The position numbers were made by a program, and so were the translations under genes. The notes beneath the pieces are model-generated. The model had not been told where the DNA came from. It saw only the letters and a program-made list of their open reading frames with translations, and made no database searches. A DNA stretch of 63,910 nucleotides, counting the filler. It is 6 parts of 6 records of this genome, joined end to end, with 100 filler letters (N's around TTAATTAATTAA, not from the genome) between each part and the next. Parts side by side here need not be neighbours in the genome. Positions count along the whole stretch, not along the records: positions 44,092 to 51,140 come from DRR723986_24083; positions 51,241 to 58,400 come from DRR723986_24085; positions 58,501 to 63,910 come from DRR723986_24239; 3 more parts are not named here. One strand, 5' to 3'. This document shows positions 48,726 to 59,588 of this stretch, piece by piece (positions within the stretch are counted from its first letter, which is position 1; the number at the start of each line of letters is the position of its first letter).

Positions 48726-49934
48726 ATGGTTATGGCAAAGAGCAGTAAAGCCCTTGGTGTGAATCCTGCAATCTTACAATGGGCGCGGATGTCCATGCAG
48801 CTTGAAATTAGTGAGGTCGCTGAGTTATGTGTTAAGCTCGAACCACAAAAGTCATATGCCTCAAGATTAGCCGGTCGAACCAAAGCAATTGCGGATTGGG
48901 AAGCCGGAATGGAGCTGCCGTCAATTGCACAATTGCAACATTTGGCAGAAAAAGTTTATCGGCGCCCATTCTTGCTGTTCTTTTTTCCAGAACCACCGAA
49001 TGAAGGACAAATTGATCAGCAGTTTCGTACTTCCCTGGCACACCTGCGCCTGTCTCCCGATACAATTTTTAAACTGAGACTTGCCCGCGTCCGGCAAATC
49101 GAATTGCACGAATTATTCACAGGTGTTAATCCTGCCGAGCATCGAGTATTTAGTGACCTGGCTTTGGTGCCAACCGAAAACCCGACAAGTGCGGCGCAGC
49201 GCGTCCGGAAGTATTTTGCGCAGCAAAATGGCGCACTGGAAGTTCCGTCTGGTTCTAATGAGGCGCTGAGCTTCTGGCGGAGCAGAGTCGAAAAACTCGG
49301 TGTTTTTGTCTTTAAGGACACGTTTAAACAAACTGAAGTTTCTGGGTTCTGCGTTTTTGACCCAGTGTTCCCAGTTATCTATCTGAATAATTCCACGACC
49401 AAGACGCGGCAAGTATTTACACTCTTCCATGAGCTGGCACATATCTTGTTAAAGTCCAACTCAATCCTCGTCGAAGATGTACAGCACCCTACATCCATTT
49501 TTCACAGTGTTAACACCCTTGAACGATTTTGCGACAATTTCGCAGCCGAGTTTCTCGTGCCCGGCCAGGAACTGCGTTTGCAAGCCAGTAATTACAGCTC
49601 TGCGGGAATGCCCGACTCTGAACTGATTCCAGCTCTTGCAAAAGGTTTTGGCGTCAGCCGTGAAGTTGTCGTACGGAAACTGTACGAATTAAAAGTGTTA
49701 AGTGATGAGCAAAAACGCGAATGGCTCAGTAAATTATACGCTGAATATCAGAAAAAACGCAAAGCCGGCAAAGGTGGTGACTACTACGCTACTCAATTGG
49801 TTTACCTGGGGATGCCATATGCCCGTAAAGTCATAGCTGATTTTTCCCGTGGAGCGATGAGCCTGGAAGATGCCGCAGGATACCTTGCAGTTAAACCAAA
49901 AAATGTGCCTGAACTACAAGAAAGATTGTCATAA
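48726..49934 (+). CDS. XRE-HTH + ImmA/IrrE metallopeptidase
   Basis: NPAILQWAR HTH, WEAG..PS..QL, VSGF, RQVFTLFHELAH (HExxH), E..CD.FAAEFL.P, FGVS. Confidence 0.9.
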   Translation: MVMAKSSKALGVNPAILQWARMSMQLEISEVAELCVKLEPQKSYASRLAGRTKAIADWEAGMELPSIAQLQHLAEKVYRRPFLLFFFPEPPNEGQIDQQFRTSLAHLRLSPDTIFKLRLARVRQIELHELFTGVNPAEHRVFSDLALVPTENPTSAAQRVRKYFAQQNGALEVPSGSNEALSFWRSRVEKLGVFVFKDTFKQTEVSGFCVFDPVFPVIYLNNSTTKTRQVFTLFHELAHILLKSNSILVEDVQHPTSIFHSVNTLERFCDNFAAEFLVPGQELRLQASNYSSAGMPDSELIPALAKGFGVSREVVVRKLYELKVLSDEQKREWLSKLYAEYQKKRKAGKGGDYYATQLVYLGMPYARKVIADFSRGAMSLEDAAGYLAVKPKNVPELQERLS

Positions 49935-49967
49935 GATACTTCAGTTACCAAATAACAGCAATGACGT

Positions 49968-50456
49968 ATGCTACCCGAAAAACCGGTCTACGTTTTTGAT
50001 ACCAATAGCCTCTCTGCCTTAAAGTCATTCTACCCCACACGTTTTCCCGCCGTGTGGACTCGAATTAATACTCTGGTATCGGAACAACGCTTGATCTCTA
50101 GCTCCGCTGTTCTTGCCGAAATTGGCGGTCGTGATAAAACAATTGCGCTCAACAATTGGCTTAAAGAAAATCGCGGGATCTTTCATCGAATATCGGCAGA
50201 ACACACTCAGTTTTTCCAAGCGATTTTTACTTCAGCCAAATTTCGCGCTGTATTAACAAAAAAAGACGTACAGAGTGGGCGCCAGCCTGCAGATATGCCG
50301 CTCATTGCTTTAGCACGTTACACTCAGGACGGATGTGTTGTAACAGAGGAGCGCTGGAAGAAAGATTCCTCAAAAGTCCCTAATATATGCGAGGACTTTA
50401 ACCTTCCCTGCACTAATCTGGAAGGATTGATGGAGCATGAAGCCTGGGTCTTTTGA
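49968..50456 (+). CDS. DUF4411 PIN-like protein
   Basis: YVFDTNSL, YP..FP..W, ADMPLIALA, VVTEE, KVPNIC. Usual partner of XRE-IrrE. Confidence 0.88.
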   Translation: MLPEKPVYVFDTNSLSALKSFYPTRFPAVWTRINTLVSEQRLISSSAVLAEIGGRDKTIALNNWLKENRGIFHRISAEHTQFFQAIFTSAKFRAVLTKKDVQSGRQPADMPLIALARYTQDGCVVTEERWKKDSSKVPNICEDFNLPCTNLEGLMEHEAWVF

Positions 50457-50555
50457 TCTGTTTCAGGCTTTTTGAATAGCAGAAAGTTAATAGGTCGCCA
50501 TAGTATTTTTCACCCATCAGTATTAACGCTCCAGCCAACAATCAGGAGTCCCACC

Positions 50556-51074
50556 ATGCGCAAAATTCTTATCATCGGCTCCAGCGGCGCGGGTAAATCA
50601 GTGTTTTCGCGCAAGTTGCACACCTGCACCGGAATTCCGCTCGTGCACCTGGACACGATGTTCTGGAATCCCGGATGGGAAATGGTCGACGAGACCCTGT
50701 TTCGCAATCAAGTGACAGAACTTGTTCAAAGAGACAAATGGATCATTGACGGTAACTACGGAAGCACACTTGCCCTGCGCGCCAGCCATGCCGACACCAT
50801 TATCTTTCTTGACTATTCGCGCTGGGTGTGCCTCTGGGGAGCATATAAACGAATCTTGCAACAGCGCTTGCTTGGCCGCCAACGCGCCGATAACCTGCAA
50901 GGCTGCCCCGAAAGAATGACCTGGGACTTCTTCCTGTGGATCTGGACTTTTCCATACAAAGGCCGTCCAAAAACTCTGCGTTATCTCGAAAAATCCAGCT
51001 TCCCGCTCGACAAGGTAATCTACTGTAAAAACCGGCGTGATGCTCAGCAAATTCTCAATCAGTTATGTGTTTAA
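50556..51074 (+). CDS. FlaR / topology-modulation P-loop kinase-like protein
   Basis: IIGSSGAGKS, HLD..FW.PGW, WIIDGNY, ADTIIFLD. AGGAG RBS. Confidence 0.88.
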   Translation: MRKILIIGSSGAGKSVFSRKLHTCTGIPLVHLDTMFWNPGWEMVDETLFRNQVTELVQRDKWIIDGNYGSTLALRASHADTIIFLDYSRWVCLWGAYKRILQQRLLGRQRADNLQGCPERMTWDFFLWIWTFPYKGRPKTLRYLEKSSFPLDKVIYCKNRRDAQQILNQLCV

Positions 51075-51240
51075 CATTCTCAGTCTGCATTCCCCTCAAC
51101 TACCCAGCATCTTGAGCGCTTTGAGCTACTCACTCCGCTCNNNNNNNNNNNNNNNNNNNNNNNNNNNNNNNNNNNNNNNNNNNNTTAATTAATTAANNNN
51201 NNNNNNNNNNNNNNNNNNNNNNNNNNNNNNNNNNNNNNNN

Positions 51241-51567
51241 AGTGGGGTAACGCTTCATCATTTCCATTTGACCAGGGGCCAACTTGTCCTTGTGCTGATC
51301 CATGTTTGCAGCACTAATGGTCAAGGTAGGCTTCTCCGAAGCGAACGGATCCAGATAGCCTTTCGCGGGATCAAAGCCAGCTGGCGGCTTTGAAATACCG
51401 CCATTCCAGGCAGGAATGGTTCCAGCCGCATTGCCAGCCTTCTCGGCGCCAATCGGGGTTAATGTGGTTCCCAATTTCGAATAGTCTGCAGATTGAGCCT
51501 GCACTGTCAAACCAGTTCCAAGCAGTGCCAGGGATACAGCCAACTGCCTAATCTTGATCAATTTCAT
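51241..51567 (-). CDS. DUF1329 periplasmic protein (3' truncated)
   Basis: Signal peptide, LTPIGAEKAGNAAGTIPAWNGG, DPFASEKP. Follows DUF1302. Confidence 0.9.
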
Positions 51568-51621
51568 TTCAATACTCTCCTAAAAACAACTCTTGAATGG
51601 CTCACCCTCTGATTCCACCTT

Positions 51622-53604
51622 TTACAGGTTGGCGCCCACTACCAAAGACAGGAAGTCACGGTCTTTGAATGGATCGAAATAAGCCTTGTCATTAAACATG
51701 CTGTAGTTCATTTCAGCAAAATATCGCGCAGACTGGATCTCGGCCCGAACGCCAACACCCAGATTCATGCGGTCCTCCAGGAAAACGCCATCGGCTGAAT
51801 AACCTTTGAAGTCATGCGAGAAGAAAATTCGCGGTGCCAATGTAATCCCGAAAATGGCATCGGGGTACTGAGCAACCGACAGAATGCGATAACCGAAGGC
51901 CGTTTCTGTTGCGTAACCGTCCACTGCACAGTTACGTGGGTTAGGGTTCACACCCGAATTACAATCGCCGTTATTGTAGGTGGCATGAGCACCAGCACCG
52001 AAGGCGGGGGACCGACCAAAGCGCTCACTCGTGAACGGATCACCGATGCCACGCCACATCTGCGCACCAATCTCACCAATCACAGCCACCTGGCTCGCTC
52101 CCAATCTGCGGGGAAACAGCGCAATCGTTGACATCTGGGCCTGAATTTTGTCCAAACGCTTGGAGCCAGGCAGAATTGAACCTACAGGGAATTGAGCGTT
52201 GTCACCATATCGAGCCAAGGGGCCATCACCTGTTGCACCACCTTTCAACAAGTCAGCTGTGTTGTAAGCTGCAGGGAAATCCTTGGTGTAACTAACCTCA
52301 CCGAATACCGAATAACCAAACAGCTCTGTGGCGGCTGATAGACCAGCCACCTGAATGTTCTCAGATCCATAGTCAAAGAAATACGACAGTGGATTCACTA
52401 CACTCTGACCTGCCAGTTCTAGCCCGTTGAATAGGGAGCCATCAAATCCGGAGGGCGTTTTCTTCAAAGACAGATTGGGAATGCGCTGATGATAATTCAC
52501 AATGTAAGCACCGAACTCGGTACCAATTTCCCCAGCGTAATATCGCCCGGACAGACCAATTTGCCCTGAGTCTTTGGGTCTGCGATCGGCCAATTGGGCC
52601 ATGCGGAAATTCAGACTACTCAAGTCAGCTGGCAAACCCGTAATGCCGCCCAAAAGGCCAGCCAAGGGACCTAGACCAGAAAACAGCGTGGTATCGATTG
52701 GTACGCCACCGGCTGTGATCGTACCTCCACCCGAAAAACTCTGTTGGTCGTCATAACCCGTGAAATCGATATCGCCTACGGGTGTGCTCAGAATGCCGGG
52801 GTTGATTGGAGCACCCTGGAAGTTACAGTTCAACAGGTCAGCCTGGGAGAAGAAAGTACCGCAACCATCCGCAACCACCTTTTCATGGTTCAACTGGACA
52901 AAGCCCTCCAGTGAAAGCTCATCCGTGGCCTGAATGTTTGCCGAAATTTGAGGAATGGGCAGGAAAACTTCCTTCAACTGGGCACCCGGCCGACGAAGCG
53001 CAGCCGAGTCAAAGTTGGAATACTGGTTGACACCACCCAACACAAACAAAGCCTCGCCCCATGTCACTACCTGGTTACCAATTTTCAGAGTTAAAGGTTT
53101 ACCCAAGGGCTCATAGTTACCAAAGAAGTACGCATCCAGAAATTGTGCATCTTCGAACTTTGTACCTTTGTCAAAGCCATTGTCATTCAACGGCTCGTTG
53201 GGCCTGAACCCGTTGTTTGAGGAGCCATGCGGGACTTTGTTGCTTCGATTGTGAAAATCTGAATAGGCCTTTGCCCGAACAAAAATACCGTAATTGTCTT
53301 TCTTGAGTTCCAGCTCACCCACAGCCTTGGCCACGGCGTTAAACACATCGCCTTTGCTGTAATTCAAGTTGCCATCATCGACCGTGCCACTAGAGGCTTT
53401 CCCACCGTTACCAATAAATATCAGCGACTCATCAGCATCTTTCATGCGCATAGAGGCGCCCACAGTCACTTCCATCGCCCAACGGCCCTCGATGCCCACA
53501 GGCCCTTCAAAAGAACCTGCAGCCGAACTGAATCCGTGCACGGAAACAAGAGCGGAAAAAATGGCGAACCTCAGCTTGGAATTCTTGGGCAGAAAACCGA
53601 CCAT
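51622..53604 (-). CDS. DUF1302 outer-membrane protein
   Basis: DDGNLNY, LDAY, GNQVVTWGE, PGAQLKEV, GCGTFFS, C-terminal DRDFLSL. Confidence 0.9.
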   Translation of the reverse strand: MVGFLPKNSKLRFAIFSALVSVHGFSSAAGSFEGPVGIEGRWAMEVTVGASMRMKDADESLIFIGNGGKASSGTVDDGNLNYSKGDVFNAVAKAVGELELKKDNYGIFVRAKAYSDFHNRSNKVPHGSSNNGFRPNEPLNDNGFDKGTKFEDAQFLDAYFFGNYEPLGKPLTLKIGNQVVTWGEALFVLGGVNQYSNFDSAALRRPGAQLKEVFLPIPQISANIQATDELSLEGFVQLNHEKVVADGCGTFFSQADLLNCNFQGAPINPGILSTPVGDIDFTGYDDQQSFSGGGTITAGGVPIDTTLFSGLGPLAGLLGGITGLPADLSSLNFRMAQLADRRPKDSGQIGLSGRYYAGEIGTEFGAYIVNYHQRIPNLSLKKTPSGFDGSLFNGLELAGQSVVNPLSYFFDYGSENIQVAGLSAATELFGYSVFGEVSYTKDFPAAYNTADLLKGGATGDGPLARYGDNAQFPVGSILPGSKRLDKIQAQMSTIALFPRRLGASQVAVIGEIGAQMWRGIGDPFTSERFGRSPAFGAGAHATYNNGDCNSGVNPNPRNCAVDGYATETAFGYRILSVAQYPDAIFGITLAPRIFFSHDFKGYSADGVFLEDRMNLGVGVRAEIQSARYFAEMNYSMFNDKAYFDPFKDRDFLSLVVGANL

Positions 53605-53885
53605 GTATGTCTCCTCAGGGCCGTGTTGGCCTCTCGAATAGATAGTGCGATAACTAATCTAAAGTGTGTAATTGTTACCCCTCATACTAAGACACACTCC
53701 ATTTAGATTCACAAATCGAACAATACCCACAAGAAATAGAAAAGCGCCTGCAAAAATCCATGTAACTTGTGAGTAAATTTCGATTACCACTGTGCGCCCA
53801 AGTTTGAATTTGCGCAAGAAACAGATTGCCCCAACAAGCCGTAGGAACCACACTGACAAAGTGAATAACCATTCAGAACATCGCC

Positions 53886-54776
53886 GTGACACAATTTGAA
53901 AACCATCATCAATACCAACTCGTTGCAAAGGCAATTCAGATTTTGGAACGGCACGCAAACAGTTTTGCGGGATCGGACGGCAACCTGGAGCCGAAGTTGG
54001 AAACGCTGGCCAGCCACCTGAACACCTCTGCTTTTCACTTACAGCGTGTCTTCACTGAATGGGCCGGAATCAGCCCAAAACAGTTTTTCCATTGCCTGCA
54101 AAAAGACCATGCCCGCAAATTAATTTCATCGGGTAAAAGCGTGCTTCAAACCACGTCAGAACTTGGCCTCTCAAGCGGCAGCAAACTCCACCACCTCATG
54201 CTGAAATTCGAAGCACTGACTCCAGGCGAAATCAAAAACGGAGGACTGAACCAAGTCCTCACAATTGGGCAAGCACCCTGCCCGTTCGGTCAAGTATTTG
54301 TTTGCCTCACAAGCAAAGGTATTAATAGCCTGGAGTTCGAATCCAACGGATTGACTTATGACTTGTGGAAACGCGAAATCTCGGATTTGTATCCCAATGC
54401 GATTTTGAATGAGTCATGTTTAACCGTTAGACCGCTGATCGCTACAATTTTTAACGTCTCGAGTCGTCAAACCCATGAACTCACGTTGTGTTTGCGTGGC
54501 ACACCATTCCAACTCCAGGTCTGGCAAGCCTTGATCCACTTGCCTATTGGACAGCTTGCCAGTTATCAACAAATTGCAAGCTACATCGGCAAGCCAATGG
54601 CAAGCCGCGCTGTGGGAAGTGCGATTGCCAAAAATCCTGTGGCGTTTCTGATACCTTGTCACCGCGTCATACAAGCCACCGGTGAATTGGGCCAATACCG
54701 CTGGCAAAGCGAACGCAAAAAAGCGTTACACCTGTGGGAGCAGGGTCAAAAAGCAGCAGCCATTAACGTCGTTTGA
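53886..54776 (+). CDS. AraC-HTH + methylated-DNA--protein-cysteine methyltransferase (Ada-like)
   Basis: S.FHLQRVF.EWAGISPK, GTPFQLQVW, ASRAVG, NPVAFLIPCHRV. Confidence 0.92.
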   Translation: MTQFENHHQYQLVAKAIQILERHANSFAGSDGNLEPKLETLASHLNTSAFHLQRVFTEWAGISPKQFFHCLQKDHARKLISSGKSVLQTTSELGLSSGSKLHHLMLKFEALTPGEIKNGGLNQVLTIGQAPCPFGQVFVCLTSKGINSLEFESNGLTYDLWKREISDLYPNAILNESCLTVRPLIATIFNVSSRQTHELTLCLRGTPFQLQVWQALIHLPIGQLASYQQIASYIGKPMASRAVGSAIAKNPVAFLIPCHRVIQATGELGQYRWQSERKKALHLWEQGQKAAAINVV

Positions 54777-55830
54777 GCAAACCATCTTCAATCATTTGGG
54801 AAAAATGGTCGCACAAGGTTTCAATCAACGGCCTGTACTTCACACCCAACAGATTGACCGACCGGCTGTTGTCGAAATGCAAGTGATAACCCACATTCTT
54901 CTGAATAAACTCCCGGCTCACCCCCGCTGCAATTGGTGCAACCAGCTTCACCAAAAACTTGGGCAACTGCCTGGTAGGCAGCGGGTAATTTGGAAATCGA
55001 GCACGCAGAATTGTCGCCATTTGTAACAAACTAGCAGTGTGTGCACTCAAAATATGTCGCCCTTCGGCATCTGGATTAAAACCAGCCAACACATGTGCCT
55101 TCGCGACTTCGCGAACATCAACAATCCCAAACTCCAACATCGGAACACCGGTACGTTGCCTGCCACTGCCGAGATCGCGCATCACATCAATACTGGTTGA
55201 CTGGGTTTGAGTAGTTAATGACGGACCCATCACCAAACTCGGGTTGATCGTTACCAAGTCCCAGCGCGACTGGTCTTTGCAAATATCCCAAGCCGCACGT
55301 TCAGCCATCACTTTTGAGTAAGAATAGGGTTGGTGATGCTCACTGCTGGTGTTGTTCCATAACTGCTCAGTGAAAACTCCACCCGGCGCATTCAAAATTT
55401 CAACCGCATCCCCATAGATGGACGCGACAGAACTAGTCAGTACCACCCTGCGAACTGTTGAAACCTCATTACAAGATCTCAACACATTCTCAGTTCCTTC
55501 CACAGCAGGGCGAATCAAGGCCTCATGCGGATCAGTGATCCCCTTGATCACAAAAGGAGAGGCTGTATGAATCACCAACTCACATCCTTCGATCGCCGCC
55601 TTGAAACTTCCCGGGCGAATCAGATCAGCGTCAAACAGCTTCAGTTCACCTTTCGCGCCATCCGCCAGCTTCCAAAGATGGGCAACCGAGCGAGTCTTGT
55701 TCGAGTCGCGCACCGTAGCATGAACCGTTAATCCCTGATCCAGCAAATCCTTAACAATCCAGCTGGCGATATACCCTGAAGCCCCAGTAACACAGACTGG
55801 CTTGTTCTTGTTGATTGCGACCATCGTCAT
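54763..55830 (-). CDS. NAD-dependent epimerase / aldehyde reductase (DFR-like)
   Basis: VCVTGASGYIA, HTASP, VLTSS, YSYSK, INPSLVMGP. Confidence 0.9.
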   Translation of the reverse strand: MTMVAINKNKPVCVTGASGYIASWIVKDLLDQGLTVHATVRDSNKTRSVAHLWKLADGAKGELKLFDADLIRPGSFKAAIEGCELVIHTASPFVIKGITDPHEALIRPAVEGTENVLRSCNEVSTVRRVVLTSSVASIYGDAVEILNAPGGVFTEQLWNNTSSEHHQPYSYSKVMAERAAWDICKDQSRWDLVTINPSLVMGPSLTTQTQSTSIDVMRDLGSGRQRTGVPMLEFGIVDVREVAKAHVLAGFNPDAEGRHILSAHTASLLQMATILRARFPNYPLPTRQLPKFLVKLVAPIAAGVSREFIQKNVGYHLHFDNSRSVNLLGVKYRPLIETLCDHFSQMIEDGLLKRR

Positions 55831-55905
55831 CATCCTGCAGGTAAATTCTGTTTAATATAAGGTATCACTCATGACTTGCACCCTTCGTGCGTAATGTAGC
55901 ACCCC

Positions 55906-56835
55906 ATGAACAAATCAACATCACACTTCCTGCGCGCCCTCAAAGTTATTCCGCTAATCCTGCTGGGCGGTTGTTCAGCCCTCCAGGTGGTCAACTCGGT
56001 TTCGAAAATTTACACTGCGGAGGTCAAGGAAAACATCGCATTCGGCGTTCACCCAAAGCTCAAATACGACCTCTACTTGCCAGACAATGCGAATGAGGAA
56101 TTCAGCAACACACCAGTGATCGTGTTCTTTTACGGTGGCAGCTGGAACCGAGGCGACAAATCAGAATATGAGTTTGTAGGGCGACGGCTTGCCTCCATGG
56201 GTTATATCACTGCGGTGCCTAACTACCGCCTGTACCCTGAAGTCAAATATCCCGATTTTCTGGAAGATGGGGCTCAAAGCCTGGCCCATCTCAAAAAAGA
56301 ACTTCAAAAACCCGAATATAAAAGTCTGAATCCAGCTCAACAATATGTGTTGATGGGCCACAGCGCGGGAGCCTACAATGCCGCCATGCTCGCTCTCGAC
56401 CCACGCTGGTTGAATGCTGTCGGTCTTGAACACCGAACCACAGTCAAGGGGCTGATTGGGTTGGCTGGTGCCTACAATATCTATCCCATCAAAGACACTG
56501 ATGTTCAACCAGTGTTTGATCATCCCAACTACCCACCCCAATCCCAACCGATAGACTACGCCAACAAAAGCAACGTTCCTTCCCTACTTCTCGCCCCCCA
56601 AAGCGACACCTTGGTTAGCATTGAGCGAAACACCCATGCACTACAGAATGCACTGGCGTCTGCCGGCAATCTCTCAAAAATGGAAAAGATTGATGGAACT
56701 GACCATGTCACTCTGATTGGTACACTTTCTCCCCTGCTGTTCTTCAAAGGCAGCACGGTCAAACCAATTGATGAATTTGTTCGAGAACTGCATCAACAAA
56801 ATCAACAACGTTCCGCCAAGGTAGTGCAGGGCTAG
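55906..56835 (+). CDS. alpha/beta hydrolase (esterase), lipoprotein
   Basis: Lipobox LLGGC, YGGSW, GHSAG nucleophile, Asp and His (DHV) of the triad. Confidence 0.88.
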   Translation: MNKSTSHFLRALKVIPLILLGGCSALQVVNSVSKIYTAEVKENIAFGVHPKLKYDLYLPDNANEEFSNTPVIVFFYGGSWNRGDKSEYEFVGRRLASMGYITAVPNYRLYPEVKYPDFLEDGAQSLAHLKKELQKPEYKSLNPAQQYVLMGHSAGAYNAAMLALDPRWLNAVGLEHRTTVKGLIGLAGAYNIYPIKDTDVQPVFDHPNYPPQSQPIDYANKSNVPSLLLAPQSDTLVSIERNTHALQNALASAGNLSKMEKIDGTDHVTLIGTLSPLLFFKGSTVKPIDEFVRELHQQNQQRSAKVVQG

Positions 56836-56931
56836 AGAGTCGGCCCTAAAAACTCAATTGACCTGAGCTTTGGCTTGGAATGATACTTGTGAGTTACACA
56901 AATACTTACAACAACGAGACAAGCCAAATTT

Positions 56932-58191
56932 ATGTTTAAAAAAACAAACACCGTTTCGGTTCCGAGAAACCTTGGATCTGTGACTCAAATCGACTCCAAA
57001 GCAGAAACAAGCCCCTATGACGTCAGCATGACGCGCGACAATGTAGAGGCTATCTGGAATAGCGTTGAGAGTTTTTACAGAACGGGTCTGCAGCCTGGAA
57101 TGACCATGGTTATTCGCCGGCAAGGCGAAATCGTTCTTAAACGTTCGATTGGACACGCTCGGGGCAACCCTCCACCCAATCATCCAGACCAAGATGTTGA
57201 TCAGGTTTTGATGACACCTGATACACCGATTTGTCTGTTTTCTGCCTCCAAAGCTATTACAGCCATGCTCGTTCACAAACTAAGCGAACAAGGCAAGCTT
57301 GAACTCAACGATACAGTCGGACAGTACATTCCCGAATTCGCGTGCAACGGGAAAGAAAACATCACCATTGCACAAGTCTTGTCTCATCGTGCGGGCGTTC
57401 CTCAGATACCAATGAGTAACCCTCACCCTTCGCTACTTTTCAAATGGGACAGTGTCATAGACCTGATTAACTCAGGCTATACCAACCGTGGAGATGGCAG
57501 CCAACAGGCATACCACGCCATCGTTGGTGGATATATCCTGGGCGAACTGGTCAAAAGAATAACGGGCAAATCGGTGGAATCTGCCTTGCAGGAAATGATT
57601 GCGAAACCCTTGGGTGCCAAATACCTCACCTACGGTCTTCAAAAAAAGCACCAGGGGCTGGCAGCATTCAACTACAGCACAGGTGCAACACCTGTTTTCC
57701 CAATCAACGTTCTGGCCAAACGGGCACTGAATATTGAATTTGAAAAAATAGCAACCATATCCAATAGCTCAGGCTTTATGGATGCAAGTATTCCAGCGGG
57801 AAACATATACGGAACTGCCGATGAAGTCAGTCGGTTTTATCAAATGATGCTGGATGGTGGCATTTACAATGGCCATCAAATGTTCGAAGAAAATACAATC
57901 AAACTGGCCACTCGGCCCGCTGGTCCCTTGACGATTGATCAAACACTGATGATCCCAATCCGGTTTTCCCCAGGATTTATGCTCGGAGAAAACGTCTTCT
58001 CTTTGTTTGGAATCAAAGCCAGAAAGGCCTACGGTCATCTTGGACTGATCAACATCGTTACATGGGCAGACCCTTCCCGTGATATCTCTGTCGCATTTTT
58101 AAACACAGGTAAATCACTTGACCCACGCTCACTTCCCTCACTCGGCAAAGTCTTGGTTTCGGTCAGTTCAAACTGCAGTGTTCTTAAATAG
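56932..58191 (+). CDS. serine hydrolase, beta-lactamase-fold esterase (LipE-like)
   Basis: FSASK (SxxK), LSHRAG, YHA, GHLG, ADPSR. Confidence 0.9.
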   Translation: MFKKTNTVSVPRNLGSVTQIDSKAETSPYDVSMTRDNVEAIWNSVESFYRTGLQPGMTMVIRRQGEIVLKRSIGHARGNPPPNHPDQDVDQVLMTPDTPICLFSASKAITAMLVHKLSEQGKLELNDTVGQYIPEFACNGKENITIAQVLSHRAGVPQIPMSNPHPSLLFKWDSVIDLINSGYTNRGDGSQQAYHAIVGGYILGELVKRITGKSVESALQEMIAKPLGAKYLTYGLQKKHQGLAAFNYSTGATPVFPINVLAKRALNIEFEKIATISNSSGFMDASIPAGNIYGTADEVSRFYQMMLDGGIYNGHQMFEENTIKLATRPAGPLTIDQTLMIPIRFSPGFMLGENVFSLFGIKARKAYGHLGLINIVTWADPSRDISVAFLNTGKSLDPRSLPSLGKVLVSVSSNCSVLK

Positions 58192-58308
58192 TCAATTTTT
58201 AAACTGCTCATGTGCGATTTGACTACGAAAGGCCACTGACTCACTGCCAGCATCCGAACAGCGTTGAAGAACAAGTGAGAAGCTTAAGGTAACTCAATGA
58301 AACGAAAT

Positions 58309-58339
58309 AACCAGCTCAAATCAATGAGCTGGTTTTTTT
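58309..58339 (+). terminator. intrinsic terminator
   Basis: AACCAGCTCA...TGAGCTGGTT stem followed by a T run. Confidence 0.7.
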
Positions 58340-58500
58340 ATCTTGAACGACACACCACAGTGACGCGATGAAGTGAATGTTGTTGAGAGTTGTGTTGGAA
58401 NNNNNNNNNNNNNNNNNNNNNNNNNNNNNNNNNNNNNNNNNNNNTTAATTAATTAANNNNNNNNNNNNNNNNNNNNNNNNNNNNNNNNNNNNNNNNNNNN

Positions 58501-59577
58501 CAGAATCATCTGTTGACCCAGGATCGACTCCGGGCCCGCATCAACCGGGTGCAGGAATCCACCAACGCCATGCGCGACGGTGTGATCATGACCGATGCCC
58601 GGGGCGCCATGGAATGGTGGAACGGTTCGGCCGAATACCTGCTGGGCTTCCGTCGCAGCACCGATCAGGGCCAGTACATTCATAACCTGATTCGCAACCC
58701 GGCGTTCAAGGCCTATTTCGACGCCCGGGATTACCGCGAGCCTCTGGAAATCAATTCTCCTGCCAAGCCTCACATCCATCTGCAGATCCAGATCAGCCTG
58801 TTCGGCGACGACGATCGCCTGATCGTGGCCAAGGATGTCACCCGGCTGTATCAGCTTGAACAAATGCGGCGGGACTTTGTCGGCAACGTCTCCCATGAAA
58901 TGCGCACACCGCTGACCGTGATCAGTGGCTACCTTGAAACCCTGGTGGATCATGGTGATGAGCTGCCTGCCAAGTGGCGCCGGGCTATCAATACCATGGC
59001 GGCACAGGCCTCACGGATGGAGGCCCTGATCACAGATCTGATTCTCTTGTCCCGTATCGAAACCGGCGAGCATACGGTGGATGACACCCTGACCGATGTC
59101 GACGCCCTGCTGAACCAGATCTGTCATGATGCCCGGGCCCTGAGCGGCGACAAGGGCCACCAGATCACGGTTCAGATCAGTGACCACCGACTGCTGCAGG
59201 GCGATGAAAGCCAGCTACGCAGTGCGTTTTCCAACCTGGTGTTTAATGCGGTGAAATACACACCGGCCGGCGGAGCCATCACAGTTGCCTGGAGCACCAA
59301 TCGCGACGGCGCCCACCTGTCGGTGAAGGATACCGGCATCGGCATTGAGCCGATCCACATCCCCAGGCTGACCGAACGGTTCTATCGCGCCGACCCCAGT
59401 CGCCACAAGGACACCGGCGGAACCGGCCTGGGCCTGGCTATCGTCAAGCATGTGCTGATCAATCACGACGGCAACCTGGAAATTCGCAGCAAAGTCGGCG
59501 AAGGCAGCGAATTTATCTGCCATTTTCCAAGGGAGCGCCTGGTCGAGAGGATTCCCGAACAGGTTCCGGAGGACTGA
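58501..59577 (+). CDS. phoR: phosphate regulon sensor kinase (5' truncated)
   Basis: PAS with WWN..A..LLG and NLIRNP.F, LEQMRRDFVGNVSHEMRTPLTV, SNLVFNAVKYTP, RLTERFYR.D, TGGTGLGLAIVKH. Confidence 0.93.
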   Translation, partial: QNHLLTQDRLRARINRVQESTNAMRDGVIMTDARGAMEWWNGSAEYLLGFRRSTDQGQYIHNLIRNPAFKAYFDARDYREPLEINSPAKPHIHLQIQISLFGDDDRLIVAKDVTRLYQLEQMRRDFVGNVSHEMRTPLTVISGYLETLVDHGDELPAKWRRAINTMAAQASRMEALITDLILLSRIETGEHTVDDTLTDVDALLNQICHDARALSGDKGHQITVQISDHRLLQGDESQLRSAFSNLVFNAVKYTPAGGAITVAWSTNRDGAHLSVKDTGIGIEPIHIPRLTERFYRADPSRHKDTGGTGLGLAIVKHVLINHDGNLEIRSKVGEGSEFICHFPRERLVERIPEQVPED

Positions 59578-59588
59578 GGCGCCCTCAG

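Noticed and set aside
21351-58500. Five identical N-TTAATTAATTAA-N blocks as a biological repeat, and any operon spanning them
   Set aside because: Artificial concatenation linkers; the flanking segments come from different organisms.
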